DNA from: an uncultured Candidatus Saccharibacteria bacterium
GTDB taxonomy: Bacteria; Patescibacteriota; Minisyncoccia; Phycocordibacterales; UBA9973
Assembly: GCA_964348725.1 (NCBI GenBank)
Contig: CAYGDG010000002.1
Span: 64,202 to 128,201 of the forward strand
DNA: 64,000 nt
Direction of reading: 5' to 3'
Shown here in pieces: positions 18,829 through 28,799 of this stretch (positions within the stretch are counted from its first letter, which is position 1; every line of letters begins with the position of its first letter). The notes below the pieces were generated by a model. That model worked only from the letters and a program-made list of their open reading frames with translations. It was not told the origin of the DNA and did no database searches. A program made the position numbers and the translations under genes.

Positions 18829-19156
18829 CGTCTATCTCTACTTTCGCTTTTCTGATACGGCTGGGTAGAAGCGTCATTTTGTCGCCAATCATTTTATTCT
18901 TGAGCACAAGATCATCATAATCTGATTGGAAAAGCTGTAGTCCCAATAACGTTGCGACTTCAAATACCACGCCGATGCTACAGGCGGGATCCCCATTCTC
19001 AATACGGCGCAATAGGCCGCGAGAGATGCCAGCGCGCTCTGAAAGCTCCTGCGTTGTAATATTACGCTCCAGACGCGTTGCTTTAATGCGGCCAGCCAAA
19101 AGCTGTATCGCCTCATCGGTATAACGTGAATATGCTCTTGTCTCTTTTTTAACCAA
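18818..19156 (-). CDS. hipB: HipB-like Xre-family HTH antitoxin
   Basis: …ITTQELSERAGISRGLLRRIENGD… HTH. Overlaps the hipA start. TTG start with GAGGG RBS. Confidence 0.75.
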   Translation of the reverse strand: MVKKETRAYSRYTDEAIQLLAGRIKATRLERNITTQELSERAGISRGLLRRIENGDPACSIGVVFEVATLLGLQLFQSDYDDLVLKNKMIGDKMTLLPSRIRKAKVEIDDDF

Positions 19157-19196
19157 AGCGCCCTCAAAAGGTTTATAAAAAGCCCGTAAAACAACT

Positions 19197-19220
19197 TAAT
19201 GGACTATATATAAACCATTA
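19197..19220. promoter_or_regulatory. Inverted repeat TTAATGG-N11-CCATTA upstream of hipB (candidate HipB operator)
   Basis: Palindromic arms centred on an AT-rich spacer, 40-65 nt upstream of the hipB start. Confidence 0.3.
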
Positions 19221-19253
19221 TGCTTAATTGGCAGGGGTTTGTCAAAGGTTATC

Positions 19254-19787
19254 TCAGCTTACCAAACGATGAATAATATTCGTCACCACACCCCAGATAT
19301 GCAGACGGTTTTTTCCATTCAGCTTAATAGGCTCGTATTTATCGTTTTCCGGCTTTAAGAAAACTTCGCTGTCTTTAATGTGTAGTCGTTTGACGGTGAG
19401 ATTGTCATCGATGCCTGCAATGACAATATGGCCATGCAGCGGCTCAATTGAACGATCCACAATCAGAATATCGCCGGAACGGATATTGGCACCAACCATG
19501 GAATCACCCTCCGCGATCACCATGAAGGTTTGTTCCATGTCTTTGATGAAGAATTCATTGAGATCGATATAATCCTCAACATGGTCTTCTAGAAACGAGG
19601 GAGAGCCAGCCGGAACACCCGCCATGTACAATGGTATGCGTTGCCGTTTTACTTTTTTTACGCGGATAAAATCCTTAACATCTTTCACAAGACTCGCTGG
19701 AACCCGCAGTGCTTTTGTAGGTTCTCCATACTTTCCGGTGCCTGACTTGCGGCCAGCACCCTCTCTTTTCCCACCATGACTGCTCAT
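19254..19787 (-). CDS. S24 peptidase LexA/CI/UmuD-like protein; putative prophage repressor
   Basis: Ser-Lys dyad context (…AEGDSMVGA… and …LTVKRLH…). N-terminal GGKREGAGRKSG basic motif instead of a classical HTH. Divergent from the rightward genes. Confidence 0.7.
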   Translation of the reverse strand: MSSHGGKREGAGRKSGTGKYGEPTKALRVPASLVKDVKDFIRVKKVKRQRIPLYMAGVPAGSPSFLEDHVEDYIDLNEFFIKDMEQTFMVIAEGDSMVGANIRSGDILIVDRSIEPLHGHIVIAGIDDNLTVKRLHIKDSEVFLKPENDKYEPIKLNGKNRLHIWGVVTNIIHRLVS

Positions 19788-19918
19788 AAATTTTCCTTGA
19801 GGCTGTATTCAGATTGACTCAATTTATTTGATTGTGGTACAAAAATCAAGTTGGTTGTTGGGGGGATTCCACTTACCAATACCCAGGAAACATTGCAGGA
19901 AGGAAGGGAGATGGAGCT

Positions 19919-20680
19919 ATGGCGGGCTTACCAGAAAGGGTTTTTTATTCTCTAAGCGATATTCAAACAGCTTGGCAAATCAGCTCCTCGGATATCAGGC
20001 AATGGCTCATGCATGGTCATATCCACGCGAATGTCTGGCTTCCTCTGATGAGCGTTTATGAAATCAGGGAAGAAACCGATGGCGCGCGTATTATTCTGAC
20101 AAAAGAATTAAGGCACTGGGAAGGGTACACACCGCTTTACCCACATCACTGCAGGACATTATTCAGATCGGGCAAAGTTTACTTGCGCGATTTTTTATGC
20201 CCGGAGAGTAACTCCAAACTAATGCTTCCTGATACAGCAGATAGCATGCGCTTTTCTATCGATGATCTGGTGATATTGAATGATGACCGGAAACTTTTCG
20301 AAAAACTGTATCACATCAGCGAAACATCCGTTTGCAATGTCAAAATAATAGGCCGCGTTGGCAAAACGCAGCCTATCATCAAAAGCACAGATTATGATCC
20401 GACTTTCAGAAAGATCGTATTCAACGGGCAGAAATACAGCTTCGGTGACATTCAGGCCGATGTTATCCGCCAGCTTTATGAGGCGGCTCTGACCGAAAAC
20501 CCATGGCAGAACGGCAAGCAGATCCTTGCCAAGGCCGGATCCCAAAGTTTCACGCTCTCCAATATATTCAAACGCAATCCCTTATGGCGCCAATTGATTA
20601 TATCCGATGGGCGCGGCAGTTATCGCCTGGATGAAGGCTTTGTATCCTCCATCGCCGATCACCACCCCGTCACCACCTGA
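19919..20680 (+). CDS. Hypothetical protein on the cro side of the lysogeny switch
   Basis: ATG at 19919 with AGGAAGGGAG RBS. 253 aa. Divergent from the S24 repressor gene. Confidence 0.45.
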   Translation: MAGLPERVFYSLSDIQTAWQISSSDIRQWLMHGHIHANVWLPLMSVYEIREETDGARIILTKELRHWEGYTPLYPHHCRTLFRSGKVYLRDFLCPESNSKLMLPDTADSMRFSIDDLVILNDDRKLFEKLYHISETSVCNVKIIGRVGKTQPIIKSTDYDPTFRKIVFNGQKYSFGDIQADVIRQLYEAALTENPWQNGKQILAKAGSQSFTLSNIFKRNPLWRQLIISDGRGSYRLDEGFVSSIADHHPVTT

Positions 20681-20950
20681 GCACCGACCAGGCACCACGC
20701 GCTCACCAGCGCCGCTGTTTCACAATTATTGGCATTATACCGCACAGGACAATGCCAATGATCGACCAGAACCAAACCCAGCCTCATTTAATGACCACGG
20801 CAGAGCGGCTTGAAGAAATCGCCGACATTCTGACAACTGCCATCATTCGCACACAGAAACGCGCTGAAATAAGCGCTGGCAGAGAGAGTTTTACTGGACT
20901 TCACTGCGAACCGAAGCATGCATGTAACAAACCGGAATAAAGGAGAGAGC

Positions 20951-21376
20951 ATGACGCAAACCGCTTTGAAACAGCTGAGTGAAATCCAGAATATGAGCAT
21001 GGCTGAATTACAGGACATATGGCCGCAATATTTCAATGGGGAGCCACCAAAATTTAACCGCTCTAATCTTGAGAGAAAAATCGCCTACCGGATTCAGGAA
21101 CTGGCATTTGGCGGCCTCTCACAAGAAACAAAAAGCATCATCAAACGCATGAAGAGCGAACCCAATCTTGGGGAGAAACAGCGCACTCGCGATATTCCAC
21201 CGCCCGGCACAATTTTATCGCGGGAATTTCAAGGGGTGGAATATCGCGTCATGGTGCTGGATGACGGCTTTGAATATCAAGGCATGAAATACACAAACCT
21301 CACAAAAATTGCTCGCATCATCACTGGGACACCTTGGTCTGGCCCTCTGTTTTTTGGATTGAAAAGAAAATCATGA
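20951..21376 (+). CDS. DUF2924-family protein (serine-recombinase partner)
   Basis: AAGGAGAG RBS. Its stop overlaps the recombinase start in an ATGA arrangement. DUF2924 commonly precedes large serine recombinases. Confidence 0.6.
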   Translation: MTQTALKQLSEIQNMSMAELQDIWPQYFNGEPPKFNRSNLERKIAYRIQELAFGGLSQETKSIIKRMKSEPNLGEKQRTRDIPPPGTILSREFQGVEYRVMVLDDGFEYQGMKYTNLTKIARIITGTPWSGPLFFGLKRKS

Positions 21377-23106
21377 GGAATCACGAGGTCATAAAAAAAC
21401 GCTGCGCCATCTACACCAGAAAATCCTCCGAAGAAGGACTGGATCAGGATTTTAACTCGCTGGATGCCCAGCGTGAGGCCGCCGAACATCACATCCGCGC
21501 GCAGGCTCATGAGGGCTGGGTTTTAATACCCCAGCGTTATGATGACGGTGGTTTTTCCGGCGGCTCAATGGAGCGGCCTGCGGTCAAAAGATTAATCCAC
21601 GATATTGAAAACGGCCTGATTGATGTGGTGGTCGTGTACAAGATTGACCGCTTGTCCAGATCCATGGCTGATTTTATGAAGTTTATGGAGCTGTTTGATA
21701 AGCATAAGGTTTCCTTCGTCTCCGTCACCCAGCATTTCAACACCGATACATCCATGGGACGGCTGACGCTCAACATCCTGCAATCCTTCGCACAGTTTGA
21801 GCGGGAAATGACGGCAGAGCGGATCCGCGACAAATTCGCGGCCTCCAAGCGCAAGGGCATGTGGATGGGCGGTGTGCCGCCGCTAGGCTATGACGTGCGC
21901 AACCGCAAGCTGGAGATCAATCCACAGGAAGCCGAGATCGTACAGTATATTTACCACCGTTATATCGAGATGGGATCCACCACCATTTTGGTCAAAGAAC
22001 TGGAAGAAAAAGGCTATACGACCAAAAGCTGGGTCTCCAGCAGAGGGCGGCACCACAAAGGCAATCCCATCAACAAGAGCACTATATATAAGATCCTGTG
22101 CAATCAGATTTATATCGGAAAAATTCTTCACAAAGGCACTATTTATGAAGGTGAGCATGATGGCATCGTTTCGAAAGAGACTTTTGAGAAAGCCCGCGCC
22201 ATCAGCCATAACCGAAAGCCTAATGAATCCCCGTTACGATGCAAGGCGGCGCATTACCTCTTACGCGGCATTGTTTTTGATGAGGACGGCTACGCTTTAA
22301 CGTGCGGTGCGGTAAAAAAGAAAACAAAGCGTTACAGATACTATATCAGCACACAGGCCGTGAAGAGAAGCTATGCCGATAGCCCTTTGAGAACCGTTCC
22401 AGCAACGATACTGGAAGATCTTATTGTCGATCAGATGCGAAGGCTTCTCTCCCGCCCGGAATGGACAAAACAGGTGCTCGCCAATCCGCAATGGGGTGAG
22501 ATCAGCGATCCGCAGATGGAACAGAAAATTGTTCGCGCGCTTGAGAATTTTGAGCAGCTTTGGGATGAATTATTCCCGGTGGAACGAGAGCGGCTGGTAA
22601 AACTCCTGATCCAGCGCATCGTTGTGACGCTACGAAAGGTGAGGATTGAGCTGCGCCCCGTCGGCATGATTGGTTTGCTGCACGAAATTATGCCGGATGC
22701 GAACATATCAAAAGCCCGGCCAACAAAGGACACGCCCATTACCATCGAAATTCCGGTGAATTTCAAAAAGCGCGGTGGCCGCAAATACATCACTGCGCCG
22801 GACGGCACTGATATTGCTGGCTACAGAAAACCCAAATATCAGACCAATATGATCAAAGCTGTCGCGCGCGGGCATGCTCTGGCCGATACGCTGGATAAAG
22901 AGCCGGATTTAACCATCAAGGAACTGGCAAAGCGGGAAATGCTGGATCACGGCTATGTCGCCAAGGCCGTTCGCATGACCCAACTCGCTCCCGACATCAT
23001 CGAAGCCATCCTCAATGGCCGCCAGCCGCAAGCCATGACCCTGTCAGAACTTATGCGCCCATTCCCCAATTGCTGGAACGCCCAGCGAGAACATTTCGGA
23101 TTTTGA
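21373..23106 (+). CDS. Large serine recombinase (resolvase/invertase catalytic domain, recombinase domain and zinc ribbon); putative prophage integrase
   Basis: N-terminal CAIYTRKSSEEGLDQDFNSLDAQRE (catalytic Ser) and …YKIDRLSRS…; 578 aa. Confidence 0.9.
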   Translation: MRNHEVIKKRCAIYTRKSSEEGLDQDFNSLDAQREAAEHHIRAQAHEGWVLIPQRYDDGGFSGGSMERPAVKRLIHDIENGLIDVVVVYKIDRLSRSMADFMKFMELFDKHKVSFVSVTQHFNTDTSMGRLTLNILQSFAQFEREMTAERIRDKFAASKRKGMWMGGVPPLGYDVRNRKLEINPQEAEIVQYIYHRYIEMGSTTILVKELEEKGYTTKSWVSSRGRHHKGNPINKSTIYKILCNQIYIGKILHKGTIYEGEHDGIVSKETFEKARAISHNRKPNESPLRCKAAHYLLRGIVFDEDGYALTCGAVKKKTKRYRYYISTQAVKRSYADSPLRTVPATILEDLIVDQMRRLLSRPEWTKQVLANPQWGEISDPQMEQKIVRALENFEQLWDELFPVERERLVKLLIQRIVVTLRKVRIELRPVGMIGLLHEIMPDANISKARPTKDTPITIEIPVNFKKRGGRKYITAPDGTDIAGYRKPKYQTNMIKAVARGHALADTLDKEPDLTIKELAKREMLDHGYVAKAVRMTQLAPDIIEAILNGRQPQAMTLSELMRPFPNCWNAQREHFGF

Positions 23107-23131
23107 TCATAAGGTCTATATTATTAATGGT

Positions 23132-23776
23132 CTAATTGCAGGGATGATCGTTGCTCTTTACCGCTTGGCCATGCTTAGTTTCGCTATTGCTCTGTCTAAT
23201 AATCTTAACTGAGCTACTAATAAATAAGCTAGCCATAATCCCAGCCACCAGAAGATCTGGCCATCCACTTCCGGTACCAAAAACGCCGAGCGCAGCCAGC
23301 ATGACAGCTATATTTCCAATCGCATCGTTGCGGGAACAGAGCCAGACTGAACGGACATTTGCATCACCGTCCCGCCAGCGCATAAGAATTAAAACGCTTG
23401 CCACATTTGCTATAAGAGCAAGAAAACCGATTATGCCCATAATCTCTGCCTTCGGTGTTTCGATGTAGAAGACAGTATAAATTGTGCTGCTCATCACCCA
23501 CAGTCCCATCAGCAGAAGGCTGATGCCCTTTGCCATGGCGGCAAATGAGCGCACACGTAAGGCCATACCGATTACAATCAGGCTGATTGTATATGTGATC
23601 CCATCCGCAAAAAAATCCAAAGCATCGGCCATCAAGGCTTGAGACCCTGAAACATGCCCCGCCATCATCTCAATTCCGAACATAAGGAAATTGATTAGAA
23701 TAACGAGGATCAAAGCCCGCCTGAATTTAGGATCGGAACCGTCAAAACCTACATCGTGCCCGCAGTGTGCGCTCAT
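23132..23776 (-). CDS. Short cation diffusion facilitator (CDF)-like cation efflux protein
   Basis: TM domain with the CDF signature SQALMADALDFFADG. Lacks the usual C-terminal cytoplasmic domain. Confidence 0.65.
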   Translation of the reverse strand: MSAHCGHDVGFDGSDPKFRRALILVILINFLMFGIEMMAGHVSGSQALMADALDFFADGITYTISLIVIGMALRVRSFAAMAKGISLLLMGLWVMSSTIYTVFYIETPKAEIMGIIGFLALIANVASVLILMRWRDGDANVRSVWLCSRNDAIGNIAVMLAALGVFGTGSGWPDLLVAGIMASLFISSSVKIIRQSNSETKHGQAVKSNDHPCN

Positions 23777-23801
23777 TACTTATCTTTCTGATTACCCTGG
23801 T

Positions 23802-24311
23802 TTAAGGTTCCATTTTCTCTACAGACGGATACAGTGATTTTACAAGAGTGGATTGGCTTTCAAAAAGATCCAGCGCTTCTGTCGCGCCAGCCATATTTTT
23901 ATCTTCCGCAGCGTGATGGAAACGATCTACAGTTTTGGTCAACTGATCGAGTGCCTGGGTGAGTTTTTCACCGTTTTCTTCCTTAACTGCCTGCGGATGA
24001 TCATGCAGGGCTGAGACTGCGGCGGCCAGTTTTTCTCCAGACTCATGCAAAACATCAGCATTACTGTCCTTCAAAGACTGCCGTGCTGCTGTGATGATTT
24101 CATCGATCATTGCCCAGGCACCTTCTACAGTATCAGGTTTAGTAACCGAGAAATGAGGCTTTTCATCATGACCGTGGCCATCGCCATGCGCTTCGGATAC
24201 GGCTTCCGTATGCCCCTCGGCTCCATGATCGTGTCCTTCTTCGGCATATACTGGCGTTGAAAATGCCACAAAAGCAATCCCTGCTAGCAATAGTGTTTTA
24301 AATGGTTTCAT
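23802..24311 (-). CDS. His-rich periplasmic metal-binding protein (signal peptide)
   Basis: Signal peptide, then EEGHDHGAEGHTEAVSEAHGDGHGHDEKPH. Helical C-terminal part. Confidence 0.55.
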   Translation of the reverse strand: MKPFKTLLLAGIAFVAFSTPVYAEEGHDHGAEGHTEAVSEAHGDGHGHDEKPHFSVTKPDTVEGAWAMIDEIITAARQSLKDSNADVLHESGEKLAAAVSALHDHPQAVKEENGEKLTQALDQLTKTVDRFHHAAEDKNMAGATEALDLFESQSTLVKSLYPSVEKMEP

Positions 24312-27300
24312 AATTTTCCTCCTTTTTGGGTTTTGAGAACAGTTTGTAAAGTGCGGGCAGGACGATAAGCGTCAGCAGAGTAGCGGTAATAAGCCCACCT
24401 ATGACTACGGTCGCCAGAGGCTTCTGCACCTCCGCTCCCGTACCAGTAGCCAACGCCATCGGCACGAAGCCGAGCGAGGCCACCAGAGCAGTCATAAGTA
24501 CAGGTCGCAGGCGGGTTAATGCACCTTCGATGATGGCTTCCTGCAAAGCCAATCCTTTTTTCACAAGATCATTGATGTAAGTAATCATGACGAGGCCATT
24601 CAATACCGCGATACCGGACAGGGCGATAAATCCCACCGCCGCCGGGATTGAGAACGGCATGTCGCGCAGAAACAGGGTAAGAATGCCTCCGGATATCGCC
24701 AGCGGTACGCCACTGAACACCAACAATGCCTGCTTTGCTGATCCCAATGCTGTAAACAGCATCATGAAAATCAGGAAGAAACAGGCTGGCACAACGATCA
24801 TCAAGCGGCTTTGTGCGGCCTGGAGATTTTCAAACTGACCGCCCCAATCCAGCCACAGGCCGGGCGGGATTTTCGTTTGTTTGTCGAGCGCAGTCTGAGC
24901 CTCCATCACGAACGAGCCAATATCGCGGCCCCGGACGTTGGCTTGCACCACCACGCGCCGCTTACCATTTTCACGGCTGATCTGGTTTGGCCCTTCAGAC
25001 AACCGGAACGTCGCGACCTCCTTCAAAGGCACGAACGCGCCGCTTTCGCCGTCTTCATGCGGCACAGGGACAGGAAGATTCTCAAGAGCCGCAATATCTT
25101 GCCGGATATTTTCAGGCAAGCGCACAACGATGGGGAAACGCCTGTCACCTTCAAACACCAATCCAGCTTCTTTGCCGCCGACCGCCGCTGCAACCAGATC
25201 AAGAATATCACCGACATTCAATCCATAGCGTGCAATCGCGTCTTTATTCAGGTCGATATCAAGCATAGGCAGGCCCGTGGTCTGCTCGACTTTGACATCC
25301 GCTGCGCCGTCAATGCTGCGAAGAACGCCTGCAATTTTGTTGGCCGTATCGGTCATGGTTTCAAATTCATCGCCATAAACTTTGACCGCCACATCGCTGC
25401 GGACACCAGAGATCAGCTCATTAAAGCGCATCTGAATCGGCTGGGTATATTCATAGTTATTCCCCGGGACCTGACCTACGGCCTTGGCGAGTTTTTCAAT
25501 GAAATCTGGTTTATCCATCGATTGATCCGGCCATTCATCATGAGGCTTTAGAATGACGAATGTATCGGAGACGTTCGGTGGCATCGGATCAGCCGCCATT
25601 TCCGCCGTACCCGTTTTGGAATAGACAAACGCGACCTCCGGCAAGGCACTGATGGCTTTTTCGACCTGTAGCTGCATGGCAGTCGATTCCGAAATCCCCG
25701 TACTGGGAATGCGCATCGCATGCATGGCAATGTCTTTTTCATCGAGAGAGGGGATGAATTCCTGCCCCAGACGACTTCCCACAAACAGGGAAAAAACGAA
25801 GAATATTACAGCAGCCATCACAACAATTTTAGGCTTGTCGAGCGACCAGTTCAGCATTGGGGCATAACCCGACTTTGCTTTCCGCATGATCCGGCTTTCT
25901 TTTTCCTCAACCTTGCCCGTGATGCACATGGCAATCATTGCTGGAACGAAGGTAATAGAAAGGACAAACGCTGCAATCAGGGCGATGATGACTGTCATGG
26001 CCATCGGCTCGAACATCTTGCCTTCAACACCCGTAAAGGTGAGAAGCGGAAGGTAAACCGTGATGATAATCATCTGCCCGAACACGGCGGGTTGGATCAT
26101 CTGGCGGCTGGCTTCGATCACTTCCTGCATACGCTCCTGTAAATTCAGCAAGCGGCCTTCATGATGCTGGCGTTCAGCCAGACGGCGCAGACAGTTTTCC
26201 GTGATAATGACAGCGCCATCCACGATCAGACCAAAATCAAGCGCGCCCATGCTCATAAGGTTCGCGCTGATGCCCATTTTCAACATTCCAGTCGCCGTCA
26301 TCATCATAGCAATGGGGATTACAAGTGCGGTAATCACGGCAGCGCGGATATTGCCCAGCAGCAGGAACAGGATCACAACGACCAGCAATGCGCCTTCACC
26401 AAGATTTTTCTGCACTGTGTGGATCGTGGCATTCACCAGCTTTGTGCGGTTGAGAACCGTTTTAGCTTTAATGCCTTCTGGTAAAGATTTATTGATCTCG
26501 GCCAGCTTCATATCAACGGCATTCGAGACAATCCTGCTGTTTTCGCCTTTTAGCATCATCGCCGTGCCGACCACGACTTCATGGCCATTTTCGCTGGCGC
26601 TTCCCGTACGAAGCTCTTTCCCCAGCGCGACTGTCGCCACATCTTTCACATACAGCGGAATGCCGCCACGGGTGGATAATACGACATTGGCAATCTGGTC
26701 GACTGTCTCCAGCCGCCCGTCAGCGCGAACGACATAGGATTCACCCTTTTGCTCTAAAAAGCCTGCGCCCGTGCTGGCATTATTACGCTCAAGAGCTTCG
26801 ATCACATTAGAAAAGCTCAGGCCAACAGCGGCCAGCTTCTGCGGATCGGGTTGCACATGATATTGCTGGGCATATCCGCCGATGGCATCAACTTCGGCAA
26901 CGCCTTTCACAGTTTTAAGCTGCGGCCTGATAATCCAGTCCTGCACCGTACGGAGATACATGGCTTTTTCAAAGGGTGAAGATAGAACACGGCCTTCGGG
27001 CGTTGTGTATTCGGCTTCAGGATTTTCGTATTCGACCGTCCACATATAAATCTCACCAAGACCTGTTGAGATCGCGCCCATGCGCGGCTCTGCGCCTTCC
27101 GGCAAGTCCTCTTTGGCCTGAGCCAGTCGTTCATTGACTTGTGAACGCGCAAAATAAAGATCGACATCATCCTCAAAAATAACCGTGACCTGTGCGAAGC
27201 CGTTACGCGAGATCGAACGCGTGTAAACCAGCCCCGGTATGCCCGCCATCGCGGTTTCAATCGGGTAAGTGACCTGTTTTTCCACCTCAAACGGCGAAAG

Positions 27301-27465
27301 CGAGGGCACTTCCACGTTAATTGCCACCTGATTGTTGGTGATGTCTGGGACGGCATCAATAGGCAGCTTGGTCAGAGAATACATCCCGTATGCCGCCAGA
27401 ACCGCAGTGACCATCACGACCAGAAGCCTGTGAGCGATGGAGAAATTGAGAATTTTTTCAATCAT
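24298..27465 (-). CDS. Heavy-metal efflux RND transporter, CzcA/CusA family
   Basis: 1055 aa, 12-TM RND architecture. N-terminal MIEKILNFSIAHR… is typical of HME-RND pumps. Confidence 0.95.
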   Translation of the reverse strand: MIEKILNFSIAHRLLVVMVTAVLAAYGMYSLTKLPIDAVPDITNNQVAINVEVPSLSPFEVEKQVTYPIETAMAGIPGLVYTRSISRNGFAQVTVIFEDDVDLYFARSQVNERLAQAKEDLPEGAEPRMGAISTGLGEIYMWTVEYENPEAEYTTPEGRVLSSPFEKAMYLRTVQDWIIRPQLKTVKGVAEVDAIGGYAQQYHVQPDPQKLAAVGLSFSNVIEALERNNASTGAGFLEQKGESYVVRADGRLETVDQIANVVLSTRGGIPLYVKDVATVALGKELRTGSASENGHEVVVGTAMMLKGENSRIVSNAVDMKLAEINKSLPEGIKAKTVLNRTKLVNATIHTVQKNLGEGALLVVVILFLLLGNIRAAVITALVIPIAMMMTATGMLKMGISANLMSMGALDFGLIVDGAVIITENCLRRLAERQHHEGRLLNLQERMQEVIEASRQMIQPAVFGQMIIITVYLPLLTFTGVEGKMFEPMAMTVIIALIAAFVLSITFVPAMIAMCITGKVEEKESRIMRKAKSGYAPMLNWSLDKPKIVVMAAVIFFVFSLFVGSRLGQEFIPSLDEKDIAMHAMRIPSTGISESTAMQLQVEKAISALPEVAFVYSKTGTAEMAADPMPPNVSDTFVILKPHDEWPDQSMDKPDFIEKLAKAVGQVPGNNYEYTQPIQMRFNELISGVRSDVAVKVYGDEFETMTDTANKIAGVLRSIDGAADVKVEQTTGLPMLDIDLNKDAIARYGLNVGDILDLVAAAVGGKEAGLVFEGDRRFPIVVRLPENIRQDIAALENLPVPVPHEDGESGAFVPLKEVATFRLSEGPNQISRENGKRRVVVQANVRGRDIGSFVMEAQTALDKQTKIPPGLWLDWGGQFENLQAAQSRLMIVVPACFFLIFMMLFTALGSAKQALLVFSGVPLAISGGILTLFLRDMPFSIPAAVGFIALSGIAVLNGLVMITYINDLVKKGLALQEAIIEGALTRLRPVLMTALVASLGFVPMALATGTGAEVQKPLATVVIGGLITATLLTLIVLPALYKLFSKPKKEENYETI

Positions 27466-27479
27466 GATCTTACGCTTTC

Positions 27480-28799
27480 TTAATGTTCATGTTCGGCTTC
27501 TGATTTTCCAAGTTCGGCTTTGAGGGTGAAGGTACTGCTGACCGCCACCGGCTCTCCGAAACTTACGCCGGAGATAATCTCTATATGGCGGCTGTCTTCA
27601 CGTCCGGTCATGACATCGCGCTTTTCAAAACCTTTATCATTACGGACGAACAAGACAGGCTTTCCTTCAATCGTCTGAATTGCTTCCTTGGGAACAATAA
27701 GATCAGTGTCCTGCGCGGATGTCGCAATGGCCGCAGTGGCGAATTCACCGGGACGCCATTTTCCATCCACGTTTTGCAGTTCGATAATCGCCTTGGCTGC
27801 GCGGGTTTCAGGATCAATCGCGGGGCTGACAAAAATCAGCTTGCCTTCAGATTTTCCGCCACTACCCATGACATTCGCCATCTGGCCTTCCTTCACGAAC
27901 GGCAGGTCGCCGGGGGCGATGGCAGTTTCAACCCAGACCACGCTTAAATCCGCGACGGCATAGGCCGAATGTGTAGCATCTACATATTCGCCCAGCGTCA
28001 GTTCACGGGCAATAATCCGTCCCGGCAGTGGAGAACGCAACTCATGAAAGCGAAGACGGTCTGCGGAACCTGCGCTTTCGTAGGTTTTGATCATCTCTTC
28101 ATCATGGCCGAGTGCCTGTAGTTTCTGGCGGGTGAGATCAAGGCGGATTTTCGCTTCCTGATGCGCATTTTTCGCGCTTAAATAATCCTGCTCTGCCGTG
28201 ATTTTTTTGTCCCACAATCCTTTTTCGCGGTTAAACGTGGTGCGGGCCAGTTCCTCGGCGCGCTTGGCTGCAAGATAGTCAGCAACAGCTTCTGCCATCT
28301 CCCGGCTTTCGATCAAAGCCAGAACTTCGCCTTTTTCGACCGTATCGCCGAGATTCTTTTTGGCTTCCGTCACCGTGCCGCCGACTTTCGGAACGATCTG
28401 CGCCATGCGGTCAGCAGCGGCCACGATCTTGCCGGGGACAGAAACTTCCCGCGCCAGTTTACCGGGGCCGACAGCCGCGACTTTTATACCTGCGGCTGTA
28501 ACCTGTTCGGCGGTTAGCGCGATCACGCCTTCTTCGGCATGCTCACCTTCTTCTCCACCCTCGGCTCCGTGACCATGCCCGTCATCTTTTGCTTCACTTT
28601 TGGCTTCTTCATGACCGTGACCGTGCTGTTCTTCCTTACCTTCATCGTGTTTTTCTTCGCCTTCCTCATGACCATGACTATCTCCATGACCCTCAGCGGC
28701 ATGACTTGGCGGCGTGAAATAATTCCACGCAAACGCACCAGAGAGGCCGATAACGGCAGCCCCTGTTAGAAGAAGGGTTTTAATTTTTGATCGTTTCAT
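27480..28799 (-). CDS. RND efflux periplasmic adaptor (CzcB/CusB-like) with His/Glu-rich N-terminal metal-binding region
   Basis: Membrane fusion protein fold. HGDSHGHEEGEEKHDEGKEEQHGHGHEE repeats. Confidence 0.9.
   Translation of the reverse strand: MKRSKIKTLLLTGAAVIGLSGAFAWNYFTPPSHAAEGHGDSHGHEEGEEKHDEGKEEQHGHGHEEAKSEAKDDGHGHGAEGGEEGEHAEEGVIALTAEQVTAAGIKVAAVGPGKLAREVSVPGKIVAAADRMAQIVPKVGGTVTEAKKNLGDTVEKGEVLALIESREMAEAVADYLAAKRAEELARTTFNREKGLWDKKITAEQDYLSAKNAHQEAKIRLDLTRQKLQALGHDEEMIKTYESAGSADRLRFHELRSPLPGRIIARELTLGEYVDATHSAYAVADLSVVWVETAIAPGDLPFVKEGQMANVMGSGGKSEGKLIFVSPAIDPETRAAKAIIELQNVDGKWRPGEFATAAIATSAQDTDLIVPKEAIQTIEGKPVLFVRNDKGFEKRDVMTGREDSRHIEIISGVSFGEPVAVSSTFTLKAELGKSEAEHEH

Larger units (their letters stand above)
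1..23131. mobile_element. Prophage right arm: lambda-type packaging/head module with Mu gpT-like capsid, replication module, hipBA, lysogeny switch and serine integrase. Left end lies outside the window.
   Basis: Contiguous phage-family genes listed below. Large serine recombinase with DUF2924 partner at the right end. Gene orientation pattern fits a prophage. Confidence 0.8.

Noticed and set aside
20752-20940. 62-aa ORF between the cro-side gene and DUF2924
   Set aside because: No convincing RBS and uncertain start. Left unannotated, though a small regulatory protein is possible.
24811-26737. Several 140-250 aa plus-strand ORFs (24811..25551, 25720..26142, 26201..26737) antisense to the RND pump
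   Set aside because: Entirely inside a well-supported 1055-aa CzcA/CusA gene. Low-complexity translations, no RBS context.
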